Assembly: GCA_963827755.1 (NCBI GenBank)
Contig: CAWHCQ010000012.1
Span: 107,843-171,842 of the forward strand
Length of the DNA stretch: 64,000 nt
Reading direction: 5' to 3'
From: an uncultured Gammaproteobacteria bacterium
Lineage (GTDB): Bacteria; Pseudomonadota; Gammaproteobacteria; UBA9214
Shown piece by piece: positions 45,982 to 55,600 of this stretch (position 1 is its first letter; every line of letters starts with the position of its first letter). The notes under the pieces were generated by a model, which was not told the origin of the DNA, made no database searches, and saw nothing but the letters and a program-made list of their open reading frames with translations. Position numbers and translations under genes: made by a program.

Positions 45982-46015
45982 ACCCTGGTTGCAGGTTTCT
46001 GCAACCAGGGTTTTT
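45982..46015 (+). terminator. rho-independent terminator
   Basis: 13-bp perfect stem ACCCTGGTTGCAG-GTTT-CTGCAACCAGGGT followed by TTTT. Confidence 0.85.
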
Positions 46016-46332
46016 CTGTGTCCGTGCACCTGTTAATTCCCCGCCTCTTCATTGGTCTGACCGGGTTGAAAATACCCTCATCGACCTGCCGCTGTATCCC
46101 CCGATAAGACTGACCAGGGCTGACTTGCCAATCGGTAGCGCGCCCTCAATAGTTGCACTTCCCGCGCAGCTTTGTACAACCTGCAGTTCCAGGACCCGCT
46201 GGTAATGGCGCACCTCCACCCCCACGGGCGTTAAGAATCGCCGCGGATCGTCGTTGCACGACGGCCACAAACAAGCATGTAAGTGTGCAACAGGGAAGGT
46301 AAGTGCCAGTGGCTGCCCGGGAGCAGAGAAAT

Positions 46333-47865
46333 TCAGTCAGGCGACGATTCGTTAACAGCCGATTTACTCGCTTCGCGGCCGGCATTCATGTCCCGGGGCG
46401 GCTTGCCTGTTTCAAGTGGCGCAAGTTCACCGGACGGGTCCGTGAAGCCGTCATTCAATTTCTGCACAAAGCGGTTGGCCTCTGCAATTACCCGGTGCAG
46501 CCGTTTACGGGCACGATTATTCCAGCCCACCGGGGCCTTCCTGAAGACACTGTGCCAGGCGCGGGTGTTATGCAGGAAAGCCTGGCGCAGGCGGCCGCGT
46601 TCGGTACCCGGGACGATGTGTTTATCGATCTGTTTCAGGATCCGCCCGGCAGCAAAGCGGCGCATCCTGGAATGCAGGTAGGCAAACAGGACAACAGCGG
46701 CCAGGCCTGTGGCCACGGCCAAGGCGATATCACTCGTTGAGCCCTGCCACCACGCCGGGCTGACCAGCTGCCAACCGTCCCTGAGACCCGCCAGGCTGGC
46801 AAGCACGCTGCCCGCCACCAGGTAGCCGGCGGCAATGACACCATCGCCCCAGAGGACCAGCTTGCGCCAGCAGGCCCGGTAGGCGCGCAGACGCGGTACC
46901 GTCTTCTCTTCAATGTGGCGCGCCTGTTTTTCCAGCGCACCGGTGATCCGGTAGGCCCTTTCCACACCGACGCCCTGAATGCGTTTGTGTATCTCGCCGA
47001 GGTCGCGATCGCGCTTGGACTCGAAGCGGCTGCGTACGGCGTCGTCCTCGATGGTCACCGCGACATTCGGGTTGTAGATGCAGTAAAAACGGCCGGCCGT
47101 GAGGCCCTCCTGTGCCAGTGCCCGCTGCCAGGCGCCCACCACCTCTTCCGGGTTGTCTTCCCGTGCCGTGGTATCCATCTGGTTGAGGATATAGACGAAC
47201 TTGGTGGCATCCGGCCTGTGGATGGTGTCGCCGACCAGGTGCGCCAGGGTATCGCGCATGGCGCCGGGCTCGGGGTGGCGCGCATCGAAGAACACCAGCA
47301 CCAGGTCCGAGATATCGATAATGTGGTCGGTGAGCCGCAGGGTTGCATTGCGCTGCGAATCCGCATCGAATCCGGGAGAGTCGATAATGATCCGCCCGCG
47401 CACCTTCTCGCTGGGCACCGTCTTCAATTGCAGGTAGCTGTCGACCCGCCGCCCTTCTCCGCCGGCCACCTTCTCGAGTTCGTTGCTGATCTGGTAGAAC
47501 GGGAAGCGCGGGTCCGCGTCAAGTGCCGACCCGGGCAGGGCCTGTGAGCCCTGCTCGCCGCCAAAGCAGATCACCGTGAACTTGTCATCCACCGCCTGGT
47601 TGCCGGTACTTTGGATCGACTCGCCCAGGTAATGATTGATAAAGGTGGATTTACCGGCAGAAAAGGTCCCCAGCACCGAGATCATCGGCCACCAGGAAAT
47701 TTGTGTTGCGAAAGATTGTTCCGAATTCAGCAGGCCCAGTGAACGGCCGACCTGGTCAAGCTGGCGGTAGGTCTGGACGGCACTCACCAGCACCGGGTTT
47801 TCTTTTTTCAGATGCGACTCAAGACTTTTCAGCCGCTGTTTGATGGTTTTTGCTTCGCCAGACAT
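46333..47865 (-). CDS. dynamin/EHD-family GTPase with two C-terminal hydrophobic segments
   Basis: G1 GTFSAGKS, G2 Thr in QSTG, G3 DSPG, G4 NQMD and two hydrophobic helices near the C-terminus. Confidence 0.8.
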   Translation of the reverse strand: MSGEAKTIKQRLKSLESHLKKENPVLVSAVQTYRQLDQVGRSLGLLNSEQSFATQISWWPMISVLGTFSAGKSTFINHYLGESIQSTGNQAVDDKFTVICFGGEQGSQALPGSALDADPRFPFYQISNELEKVAGGEGRRVDSYLQLKTVPSEKVRGRIIIDSPGFDADSQRNATLRLTDHIIDISDLVLVFFDARHPEPGAMRDTLAHLVGDTIHRPDATKFVYILNQMDTTAREDNPEEVVGAWQRALAQEGLTAGRFYCIYNPNVAVTIEDDAVRSRFESKRDRDLGEIHKRIQGVGVERAYRITGALEKQARHIEEKTVPRLRAYRACWRKLVLWGDGVIAAGYLVAGSVLASLAGLRDGWQLVSPAWWQGSTSDIALAVATGLAAVVLFAYLHSRMRRFAAGRILKQIDKHIVPGTERGRLRQAFLHNTRAWHSVFRKAPVGWNNRARKRLHRVIAEANRFVQKLNDGFTDPSGELAPLETGKPPRDMNAGREASKSAVNESSPD

Positions 47866-48189
47866 CAATGATTCCTGCGGGTTGGAAGTCGCGTAATAAA
47901 CCCGTTAAAACGGGAATACCCCGGACATATCAATGCTGTCTCCATCGCACTGCAACTCTTTATTGTTTTCTTCAGAATCAGTCATTCAGGGACCTCCGGG
48001 GGGATTCTCTGGTGTGGGATCGGGACAGTATAACCAAGTCGCTGACGAATTTCGCCACCGACATCCTGATCGAGGCCCAGGCCGGGGTGTGAATAAAAAC
48101 CAGGAAACACACCGCCCGGCACCCCGGAACTGCGGCTTCTCAGCCACTTTTAGTCCCGGTGCGCCATGCGGCTGCTTTTCAGGATCCTG

Positions 48190-48800
48190 CTAGAAATCTC
48201 CCGAGGCACCGCGATTCATAATATCCAGAATCGTATCCTTGACCTTGTTCGCCTCTTCAAACAGGTCTGGAGAAAGCGTGCTGCCGCCGTGGATCATCAT
48301 GTCCATATTCAATGAATAGATCCAGAGTTTTCCGCTCTTGTCCTCGACGACCGAGACGCGGCACGGCAGGTAGGCTGAATATGCACCTGAATATTCCAGC
48401 ATCTTTGCAGCTATTAAAGGATCACAAAACATGTAGATCTTCCAGAAGCGTTGCTTTCTCACCCGTCATGGCCTCGACCTGGGCAGAGAGCGGCAACTCG
48501 CCGACATTTTTAATATTGTGTTCGTTGGCAACAAAACGCATCGTTTGCTCAACGTCTTCCGCACTCAGGTCGTCCGCAACCGGGATCTTCCAGACCGTGG
48601 CCTCGGCCGCATTGCCCGAGGCAAGCAAACGCTTGGACATCTCCATGTAGACTTCGGCCGGCCTTGCCATCAAATTCCGACAGGTTTTTAAGGTCCTTGA
48701 TATTCTGCAGGCCGAAATCATGACTGACCGCCAGCCAGATCACACCCGCCAATAACGCCAGACCCAGCAAGGCCAGCAAGTTCCAGATCAGTTTAAACAT
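48190..48800 (-). CDS. DUF302 domain protein with N-terminal TM (frameshifts near 48660 and 48455)
   Basis: AGGAG RBS; MFKLIWNLL TM, then NIKNVGELPL, then IYMFCDP...YLPCRVSVVED DUF302-type motifs over three frames. Confidence 0.75.
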
Positions 48801-48833
48801 ATCGCTCTCCTCGTTACTGTATGTTTGTAATGA

Positions 48834-50344
48834 CTATTCTGAGTCAGACCGGGCCATCTCGATCTCGTGTTCGAGGGCATCTGCCTGGGGGCCGTTCAGC
48901 CCGCGAATCACGTCAACCAGCCCACTGGCCGGTGCCAGCAAACCGGACTCGACAAGACGCAAGCCGGCCTCGTAATAGGCCGAAGCGGCCGCTTCCCAAT
49001 CACCCTGGCTGAAATACATATTCGCAAGCTCTCCATAACCATCGGGATTATTCGGGTCCTGCAGGATCATCTGCTGGTAGTAGTCCCCGGCCGCCTGGTA
49101 ATCACGCATCCAGTAGGCTTCCCGTGCCAGTGCCAGCAGCTGGTGGGCAGAAAGCGTTGCATCGACAGGCGTTGCCGGCACGGGTGCCCGCATTGTCGCT
49201 TCGGCCTGTGCGGGAATCGCGTCAATGACATACGCATCATCAAGGCTCGCCACAGGTGCATGGGACAGGCCTGAATCCGGCGCGCCGTTTTCACTGGCCA
49301 CGGTGGCTGGAGCCGTTCCGCTCGCAGCCGCTGCGGCAGCCGCACCCGACTCCGCTGTCACGGGCGCGATAGCTTTTTTGGCTGCCGTGTCCCGGGCAAG
49401 CCCTGCGGCGGCCTCTTCGATTTCTTCAGTGTCATGCGGATATGCCGTCACGACATCAGCACCTGGAAGCCCGGGGCGCGTGCCGACATCCGGAATCGCT
49501 GTCGCCGAATCCATAGCAGCGGCTTGCATCGGTCGCGGCCTCTGCGGCGTCTTCCGCCACTGCTGCACGTCCCGTATCCGTTGCCTTTGTCAACGCAACC
49601 GCCGCACCCGGGGCCGTGATGGCTGCTTGCTCGACAGGTGCCTGCAGACTTTCTGCAACGGGCGTTTTGGCTGTTTCCATCGCTGCTGACATCCCGGCGC
49701 TGGCTGATTCTGCAGTGGACGGCATCGCTGCAGCGCCGGTCCCTGAAGCAGGTATCTCTGTCTCGACTTCCTTGACAGATTCAGCTGCCTTAATCACAGC
49801 GGGCTCGCTGGTTGCAATCGCATCAGCACCGGCAGGCTCGCTTGTGTCTGTTTCATCAGCACCGGCAGGCTCGCTTGCATGGCCTGTCTGCTTCAGCGCC
49901 GGCAGGCTCGCTCATGGCCGCTGCTTCAGGGGCAGCAGCTTCGCTTTCATCGGCTTCATCAGCATCATCCGTTTCATCAACTCCGCTCCCGGCAGTCGCA
50001 GCGGCAATCGCCGGCCTGCTGTCGGCGGGCAAACCGGCATCGGGTACGCTCACCCTGTCGACAGGCGGTACCGTGGCGGAAACATCGCCAGTGCGGACAG
50101 TCGGGGCATCCCGGCTGCCTGTAGCCAGTGCCGGTCGCATGCCGTCAAGCTGTACCGGTGCGGGCTCAATTTTTCCTGCCAGCCGGCCATCGCCGGTATC
50201 TTTTGCTGAATCAAACACCAGGAATTCCGGGAGTTCCCAGTCGGGAAACAATTCACCCCGGTATATAAATCCGATGGCCAGCAACAGCACCAGTGCAATT
50301 GCAAAACCGTGACTCATTAAACGTGCTATAAATTTCATAACCAC
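48834..50344 (-). CDS. membrane-anchored Ala/Glu-rich disordered protein with C-terminal TPR-like module (frameshifted)
   Basis: N-terminal TM (49856..50344), low-complexity A/E/D/S middle (49456..49797), then LAREAYW...PDGYGELANMYF...AYYEAG TPR-like end (48834..49568). Probably one ~500-aa gene. Confidence 0.7.
49796..49915 (-). repeat. short coding repeats (SEPAGAD-like, about 4 copies)
   Basis: CAGC(A/G)CCGGCAGGCTCGCT occurs three times, plus a degenerate CAGCGGGCTCGCT. Confidence 0.7.
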
Positions 50345-50362
50345 TGCTCCATCATTAATATA

Positions 50363-51022
50363 TTACGAATTTCCGGGCGCATCAGGGTAAAGTGCGCTTG
50401 CCAGTGAACGAAATTCCTCAGCCGCCTTGCTGCGCGGCCACATTTCGAAAACGGCAAGCCCTTCACTCAATGAGCGCCTGAAACTGGTCCTCATGGAAAG
50501 GCGTTGCGGCAACACGTCATCGATCGCCGGTAACATCTGCAAGGCCTCCTCTGTCTCTGCTGTCTCCCGAATTGAATGATTGGTATCGGCCCGGTTTATA
50601 AAGGCAATTGTCCTCTGACCCCCGCTCATTTTCACTGCGTCCAGATCCGATCCTATAATGTGGAGAAAACGCTGCGTGGCCCAAACATCCGGCTGGCTGG
50701 GTGGCACCGGGATCAGGATTCGGTCTGCTGCTGTCATCGCCTCTTTCATGGCAGCCATATTGGCGGCTCCAACATCGACAATGACCTCCACCCCTTCATG
50801 TGCAAGCAACTGGTTTTTCAGCACGGCGCGCACCGAGTGGATCGTCAGATCCGGTGAGGTTCCCACTTCCTTTCGCAGCATGGCAAGGTCGCTGAAGGTA
50901 CATTGCGGATCAAGATCATAACCGACTACCGGGACGGCGTTCTTCTCCAGCCATACAGCCAGGTTGAAAGCGACGGTACTTTTCCCGGAACCACCCTTGA
51001 GATTGGCAATAACAGTAATCAT
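50363..51022 (-). CDS. orphan ParA/Soj-family ATPase
   Basis: Deviant Walker A ANLKGGSGKST, DLDPQ and IVDVG; 219 aa, no N-terminal HTH, no parB nearby. Confidence 0.88.
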   Translation of the reverse strand: MITVIANLKGGSGKSTVAFNLAVWLEKNAVPVVGYDLDPQCTFSDLAMLRKEVGTSPDLTIHSVRAVLKNQLLAHEGVEVIVDVGAANMAAMKEAMTAADRILIPVPPSQPDVWATQRFLHIIGSDLDAVKMSGGQRTIAFINRADTNHSIRETAETEEALQMLPAIDDVLPQRLSMRTSFRRSLSEGLAVFEMWPRSKAAEEFRSLASALYPDAPGNS

Positions 51023-51209
51023 ACAATCCTTCTACATCCCGGTAAAAAATTCACAATGTATAAAACGAGCCATAACGCATGACTGCGCCAGGCGCGTTCG
51101 CTTGCTGGCTGATTTTTATCGAGCGGCCGGTATTACCGGCACCGATGCCGGAGCGATCTCGCGCGAACCAGACCCGCCATGATTGATAACGCGCAGTATA
51201 AACCGATTC

Positions 51210-51866
51210 CTACCAAACATATCCAGGATATCCCGCACCCGGCATAACGCCATCAGGTGCCGCCCCCCAGCCGTAATATCCGCCGCCGGTCGGTGTCCCC
51301 CACTGGTATGGATTCGGTGGCTGCCGGGTCGCCTGTTTGGCGGAATTTGACTGACGGCCTCGAGAAGCACCTGCCTGCTGTCCCCAGGGCCGCTGGTCGT
51401 ACTGGAACTGCTGTGTTGTTTGCGGGTCCTGCTCTGGAAACGTCCAGATCTTCTCAGCCATATTTCGCTGAGTTTGGGAAGTACCATACCTCGGGGCCTC
51501 GTATGTCTGCTGCGGTGCCTTGTATATCTGCTGTGCCCCCCAGGCCGGCTCTGACTGAAACGAAGTTTGACCCTGCGAGCCCCATTCCTGCTGTGGTGGC
51601 GCCGGAGGATATGTCTGTGCCGGCATCCTGTTCACCTGTTTCGGTGCACTAACCGCCCCCGCGGCGGGCCGTTGATAAACCCGGCCCGGTGCCTGATATT
51701 GCGCAGCAGGAGAAGTCACGGATTCGGGAGGCGGGCAATTGCAGGCTGCAGCCTTTTTATCCGGCTCGTCATCACCGCATGCACTTGCCAGGAGCGAGAC
51801 ACAAAGCAGGACTATCCGGCAAGTTGGATGCGTTGTAAATGATTCAGTCCCCGCGACCATGCTCAT
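51210..51866 (-). CDS. Pro/Gln/Tyr/Gly-rich lipoprotein
   Basis: Lipobox LASAC, CNC motif, disordered P/Q-rich body and a G/Y/W/P tail (GGGYYGWG...GAGYPGYVW). Confidence 0.7.
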   Translation of the reverse strand: MSMVAGTESFTTHPTCRIVLLCVSLLASACGDDEPDKKAAACNCPPPESVTSPAAQYQAPGRVYQRPAAGAVSAPKQVNRMPAQTYPPAPPQQEWGSQGQTSFQSEPAWGAQQIYKAPQQTYEAPRYGTSQTQRNMAEKIWTFPEQDPQTTQQFQYDQRPWGQQAGASRGRQSNSAKQATRQPPNPYQWGTPTGGGYYGWGAAPDGVMPGAGYPGYVW

Positions 51867-51902
51867 TAATCAGGTAAGGTGAATGCCAACACGGGGTTGT
51901 CA

Positions 51903-52604
51903 TTAGCGCCCTGCACCACTCTGATATGCGCCGGGTGGTGCCTGCATCATGGCATCGTACACCGCTGGTGGCGGTACTTCCTCTTCAGCCTGATAAGGCT
52001 GTGAAGGATAATACCCGCGTGGTGGCGGTACTTCCTCTTCAGCCTGATAAGGCTGTGAAGGATAATACCCGCGTGGTGGCGGCCGGCTCCCGAAATCCTG
52101 TCCGTCCATTTGTCCCATGTATCCCGAAGGCCGGGGCCAGGCCTTCACAGGCAACTCCGGCGTCCTGTTTTGATAGGCACCCGGTACCCGCGCCAGCGGC
52201 TGTTTTCTTGCCGGCTGACCGACTGGTCCCCGCATCACCGGTGCCTGATAGGCTGGTACCTGCTTCATTGGTGCCTGACGTACCGACGCCGGGTTCACTG
52301 GCGCCCGGTAGTTTGCCCGTCCCCCGGCTGCCTTTGCCGCAGCGCTTGTGTCAGGCACCCTGTTTCCAGTGGGTTGCGGAAACAGGGGTATATTGCCCCT
52401 GGCAGAAGTCCCTGCCTGTCCCGGTATGCGTGGATCAAGATTAACCGCCCGGTAGGGACCCGGAGGGGGTGGCGCCGACACCCTGCGCCAGTCGCCCGTA
52501 TCAGCCGATACGGACACTACGGTGGTCATGAGTATTGCAGTACCGCCGACGATTATGGACATCAGCAGAGATAAATATCCTGTCAGACTGTGGGCATCTT
52601 TCAT
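51903..52604 (-). CDS. exported Pro-rich low-complexity protein
   Basis: Hydrophobic N-terminus ending VSA-D, APPPPGPYRA motif, P/A/G/Y/Q-rich body, AGGAAG RBS. Confidence 0.7.
   Translation of the reverse strand: MKDAHSLTGYLSLLMSIIVGGTAILMTTVVSVSADTGDWRRVSAPPPPGPYRAVNLDPRIPGQAGTSARGNIPLFPQPTGNRVPDTSAAAKAAGGRANYRAPVNPASVRQAPMKQVPAYQAPVMRGPVGQPARKQPLARVPGAYQNRTPELPVKAWPRPSGYMGQMDGQDFGSRPPPRGYYPSQPYQAEEEVPPPRGYYPSQPYQAEEEVPPPAVYDAMMQAPPGAYQSGAGR
51967..52082 (-). repeat. exact 54-bp tandem duplication (PPPRGYYPSQPYQAEEEV x2)
   Basis: GGTGGCGGTACTTCCTCTTCAGCCTGATAAGGCTGTGAAGGATAATACCCGCGT at 51967 and again at 52021. Confidence 0.9.
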
Positions 52605-52659
52605 CGCCAGCTTCCTTTGGTTTGACGCACTACTCAAATACTACCCGCTTGCTCCATCT

Positions 52660-55600
52660 CTAGCTTAGGTCCTGCTTTAAACGAATGCCACGACGTTTCC
52701 TCCCGGGACTATCATCCGGGCCATCGTCTGAGTGAACTTCCTCCGTATCGGCTGCATCAGATGCTGTTACCGTTGCCGGTGGCGACTCCTCCGCTGAAGG
52801 TGGCGTTCCAGCTGCTGCCGGGGTCTCCCCCGGTGGCGGTGGCGTACCAGCCGATGCCGGCGTCTCCCTCGGTGGCGGTGGCGTACCAGCCGATGCCGGC
52901 GTCTCCCTCGGTGGCGGCGGCGTACCAGCCGATGCCGGCGTCTCCCTCGGTGGCGGCGGCGTACCACCTGATGGTGGCGCCTCTCTCGGTGGCGGTGGCG
53001 TACCAGCCGATGCCGGCTTCTCCCTCGGTGGCGGTGGCGTACCACCTGATGGTGGCGCCTCTCTCGGTGGCGGTGGCGTACCGCCGGACGGTGGCATCTC
53101 TCTGGGTGGCGGTGGTGTTCCCCCGCCCCTGGGTGGCGCCGGGGGTGGCGGCGTTCCGTCAGGCGAAGGCTCGCGTGGCGGTGGTGGCGTACCCTTGTCG
53201 CGCCGCCCCATTACACCCTTGAAACCCATGGCTACCAGGTTGAAGATCGCCTTGATAATGATGAGCACCCACCCAAGCATCGAGATGATCCCACCCCACA
53301 GGCGCACCGGTAGTGACGTACCCGAGGCGCCAGATTCTGTTTTTTCAGGAATCTTCTCCATTCGTTCATAGGCAGGGTTGATCGCTACGGTCCCGTCATC
53401 ACCCGTCTCGATGTAGAACTGTTTCTTGGCGCTGATACAACCCATTGGAATGATAATAAAGGCCATCAGCGTCGAAACACCGGCACCAAATACCAGGCTG
53501 ATGGCCATGCCGTTGAAAATCGGGTCATCAAGAATGGCAAAGGCACCGGCCATTAATGTCAGCGAGGTAATCAGGATGGGGCGCATGCGCAGTTCAGCGC
53601 CTTTTACAGCCGCATCGGTAACATCCATACCCTTTGCGACCCCGAGTTTCACAAACTCCACCATCAGGATCGATTGTCGGACAATGATTCCACCGAGCGC
53701 GATCATGCCGATCATGGATGTTGCAGTGAATTCCGCACCCATGATCCAGTGACCGGGAACAATTCCCAGCATGGTTATGGGGATCGGTGACATGATCAGC
53801 CCGGCCAGGGCGAAATTCTTGAACTCCCAGACAATGAGTCCATAAATCAGGATCAGTGCAGCCATGAATGCACCACCCATGTCCCTGAAAGTCTCATAGG
53901 TTACGGTCCACTCGCCGGTCCACTCAAAATGTGATTTTGTGTCATCATAATTCAGCTCAAGCAGGGTCCAGGGCATGGTGTCCATCTTGACGCCGTCGGG
54001 TGTGGTGTATTCCTTTATCAGGTCTTCGACACCGAACATGCCGTAAATGGGGGCACCCAGGCGACCTTCCATTTCACCGACCACGTATTCAACACCCCGC
54101 AGGTCCTTGCTGTAGATCACCGGATCTTCATAGCCTTTTACAAAATGACCAAGCGATGATAACGGGATGGTTTTGCCATCGGCGGTCGGTATCGGCAGGT
54201 CGCCAAGACGTGAGACCTGCGAACGAATGGTCAGCGGCACCTGGATGATGATATAGGTGGGTTCGAGCACGGTGCCGCGCTTGATGTCACCCAGCTTGTA
54301 GCCGCCCATGGCCATTGCCAGGATACCGTTGATCGTATCCACAGAGACGCCGAGACGAACAGATTTTTCTGTTGCCACTTCAAATCGCCAGAATTCATAG
54401 GGGTCGGTCATGTAGGTGTCGGTATCAACGAGGTTCTCGACCTCGTCGAACATTGCCAGCATATCCGTGGCGACCTGGCGCCGGGTACCGGCATCCGGTC
54501 CATAGACCTCGGCAACGACCGTGTTCAGTACCGGCGGGCCCGGCGGCATTTCAACAACGGCAATGCGCGCACCCATGCGGTCAGCAATCGGTTTGAGAAT
54601 CTTGCGTGCCTCTACCGCGATTTCATGGCTGCCACGCTTGCGCTCCTTCTTGTCTGTGAGCATGACAAGCAGATCACCTTCCCATGAACGTTGGCGCAGG
54701 TAATAGTGCCTGACCATGCCGTTAAAGTTGAACGGTTGTGCAGTACCGGCATAGGTTTGTACGGCGGTGACTTCCGGCATGGCACGCACCGCTTCTGCCA
54801 GGGCCAGGGTCGCATTTGCCGTATCCGGCATGGCAGTCCCTTCCGGCATGTTGACGATGACCGAGAACTCCGGCTTGTTATCAAACGGCAGCATCTTTAC
54901 CGCCACGTGCTGCGTATAAAATGTCATACACACGGCAGCCGTGAGGCCGATAATGCCGAACAGGAAAATCAGCCCCAGTTTGCGATTTTTCACCAGGACC
55001 ATGATTACCGGCCGGTAAAAACGGCTGATCCTCTCATGCGCCTTTTTCTCGCGCATTGCCGCCTTCTCCAGCGCCGCATGTCGGGGCGCCACCTTGACAG
55101 CCATCCACGGTGTAAATATGAAGGCCGCAATCAGTGAAAAGAACATGGCAGATGAGCCAAGCACCGGAATTGGCCGCATGTACGGCCCCATCAAGCCACT
55201 GACCCAGCCCATGGGTAACAATGCCGAGATAATTGTCAGGGTTGCGAGGATTGTCGGGTTACCGACTTCACGGACGGCATCGATGGCGACGGCAACGCTG
55301 GTCTTGCCCTTTTCAAGCCAGTGTCGAAAAATATTTTCAACCACGACCGTTGCATCATCAACGAGGATACCGATAGAAAATATCAGGGCGAAAAGGCTGA
55401 CACGGTCGATGGTGTAGTCGACCATCATCGCCCACCAGATCGTCAACAGAATAACAACCGGGATAACCGCGATAACCACGAATGCCGCACGCGCACCCAG
55501 TCCGATAAGACACAGAAATGAGACAATCAATGCGGCTTCCAGCATCGCGCCAAGCAGGTCATTGACCTTGTCATTCGCTGACTTGCCATAATCACGCGTA

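Noticed and set aside
46049-46330. Short ORFs between the PEP-CTERM terminator and the dynamin gene
   Set aside because: No convincing RBS, motif or coding signal.
52797-53194. Regular ~39-bp repeats that might be a CRISPR array
   Set aside because: They are in-frame tandem coding repeats with no unique spacers, and there are no cas genes.
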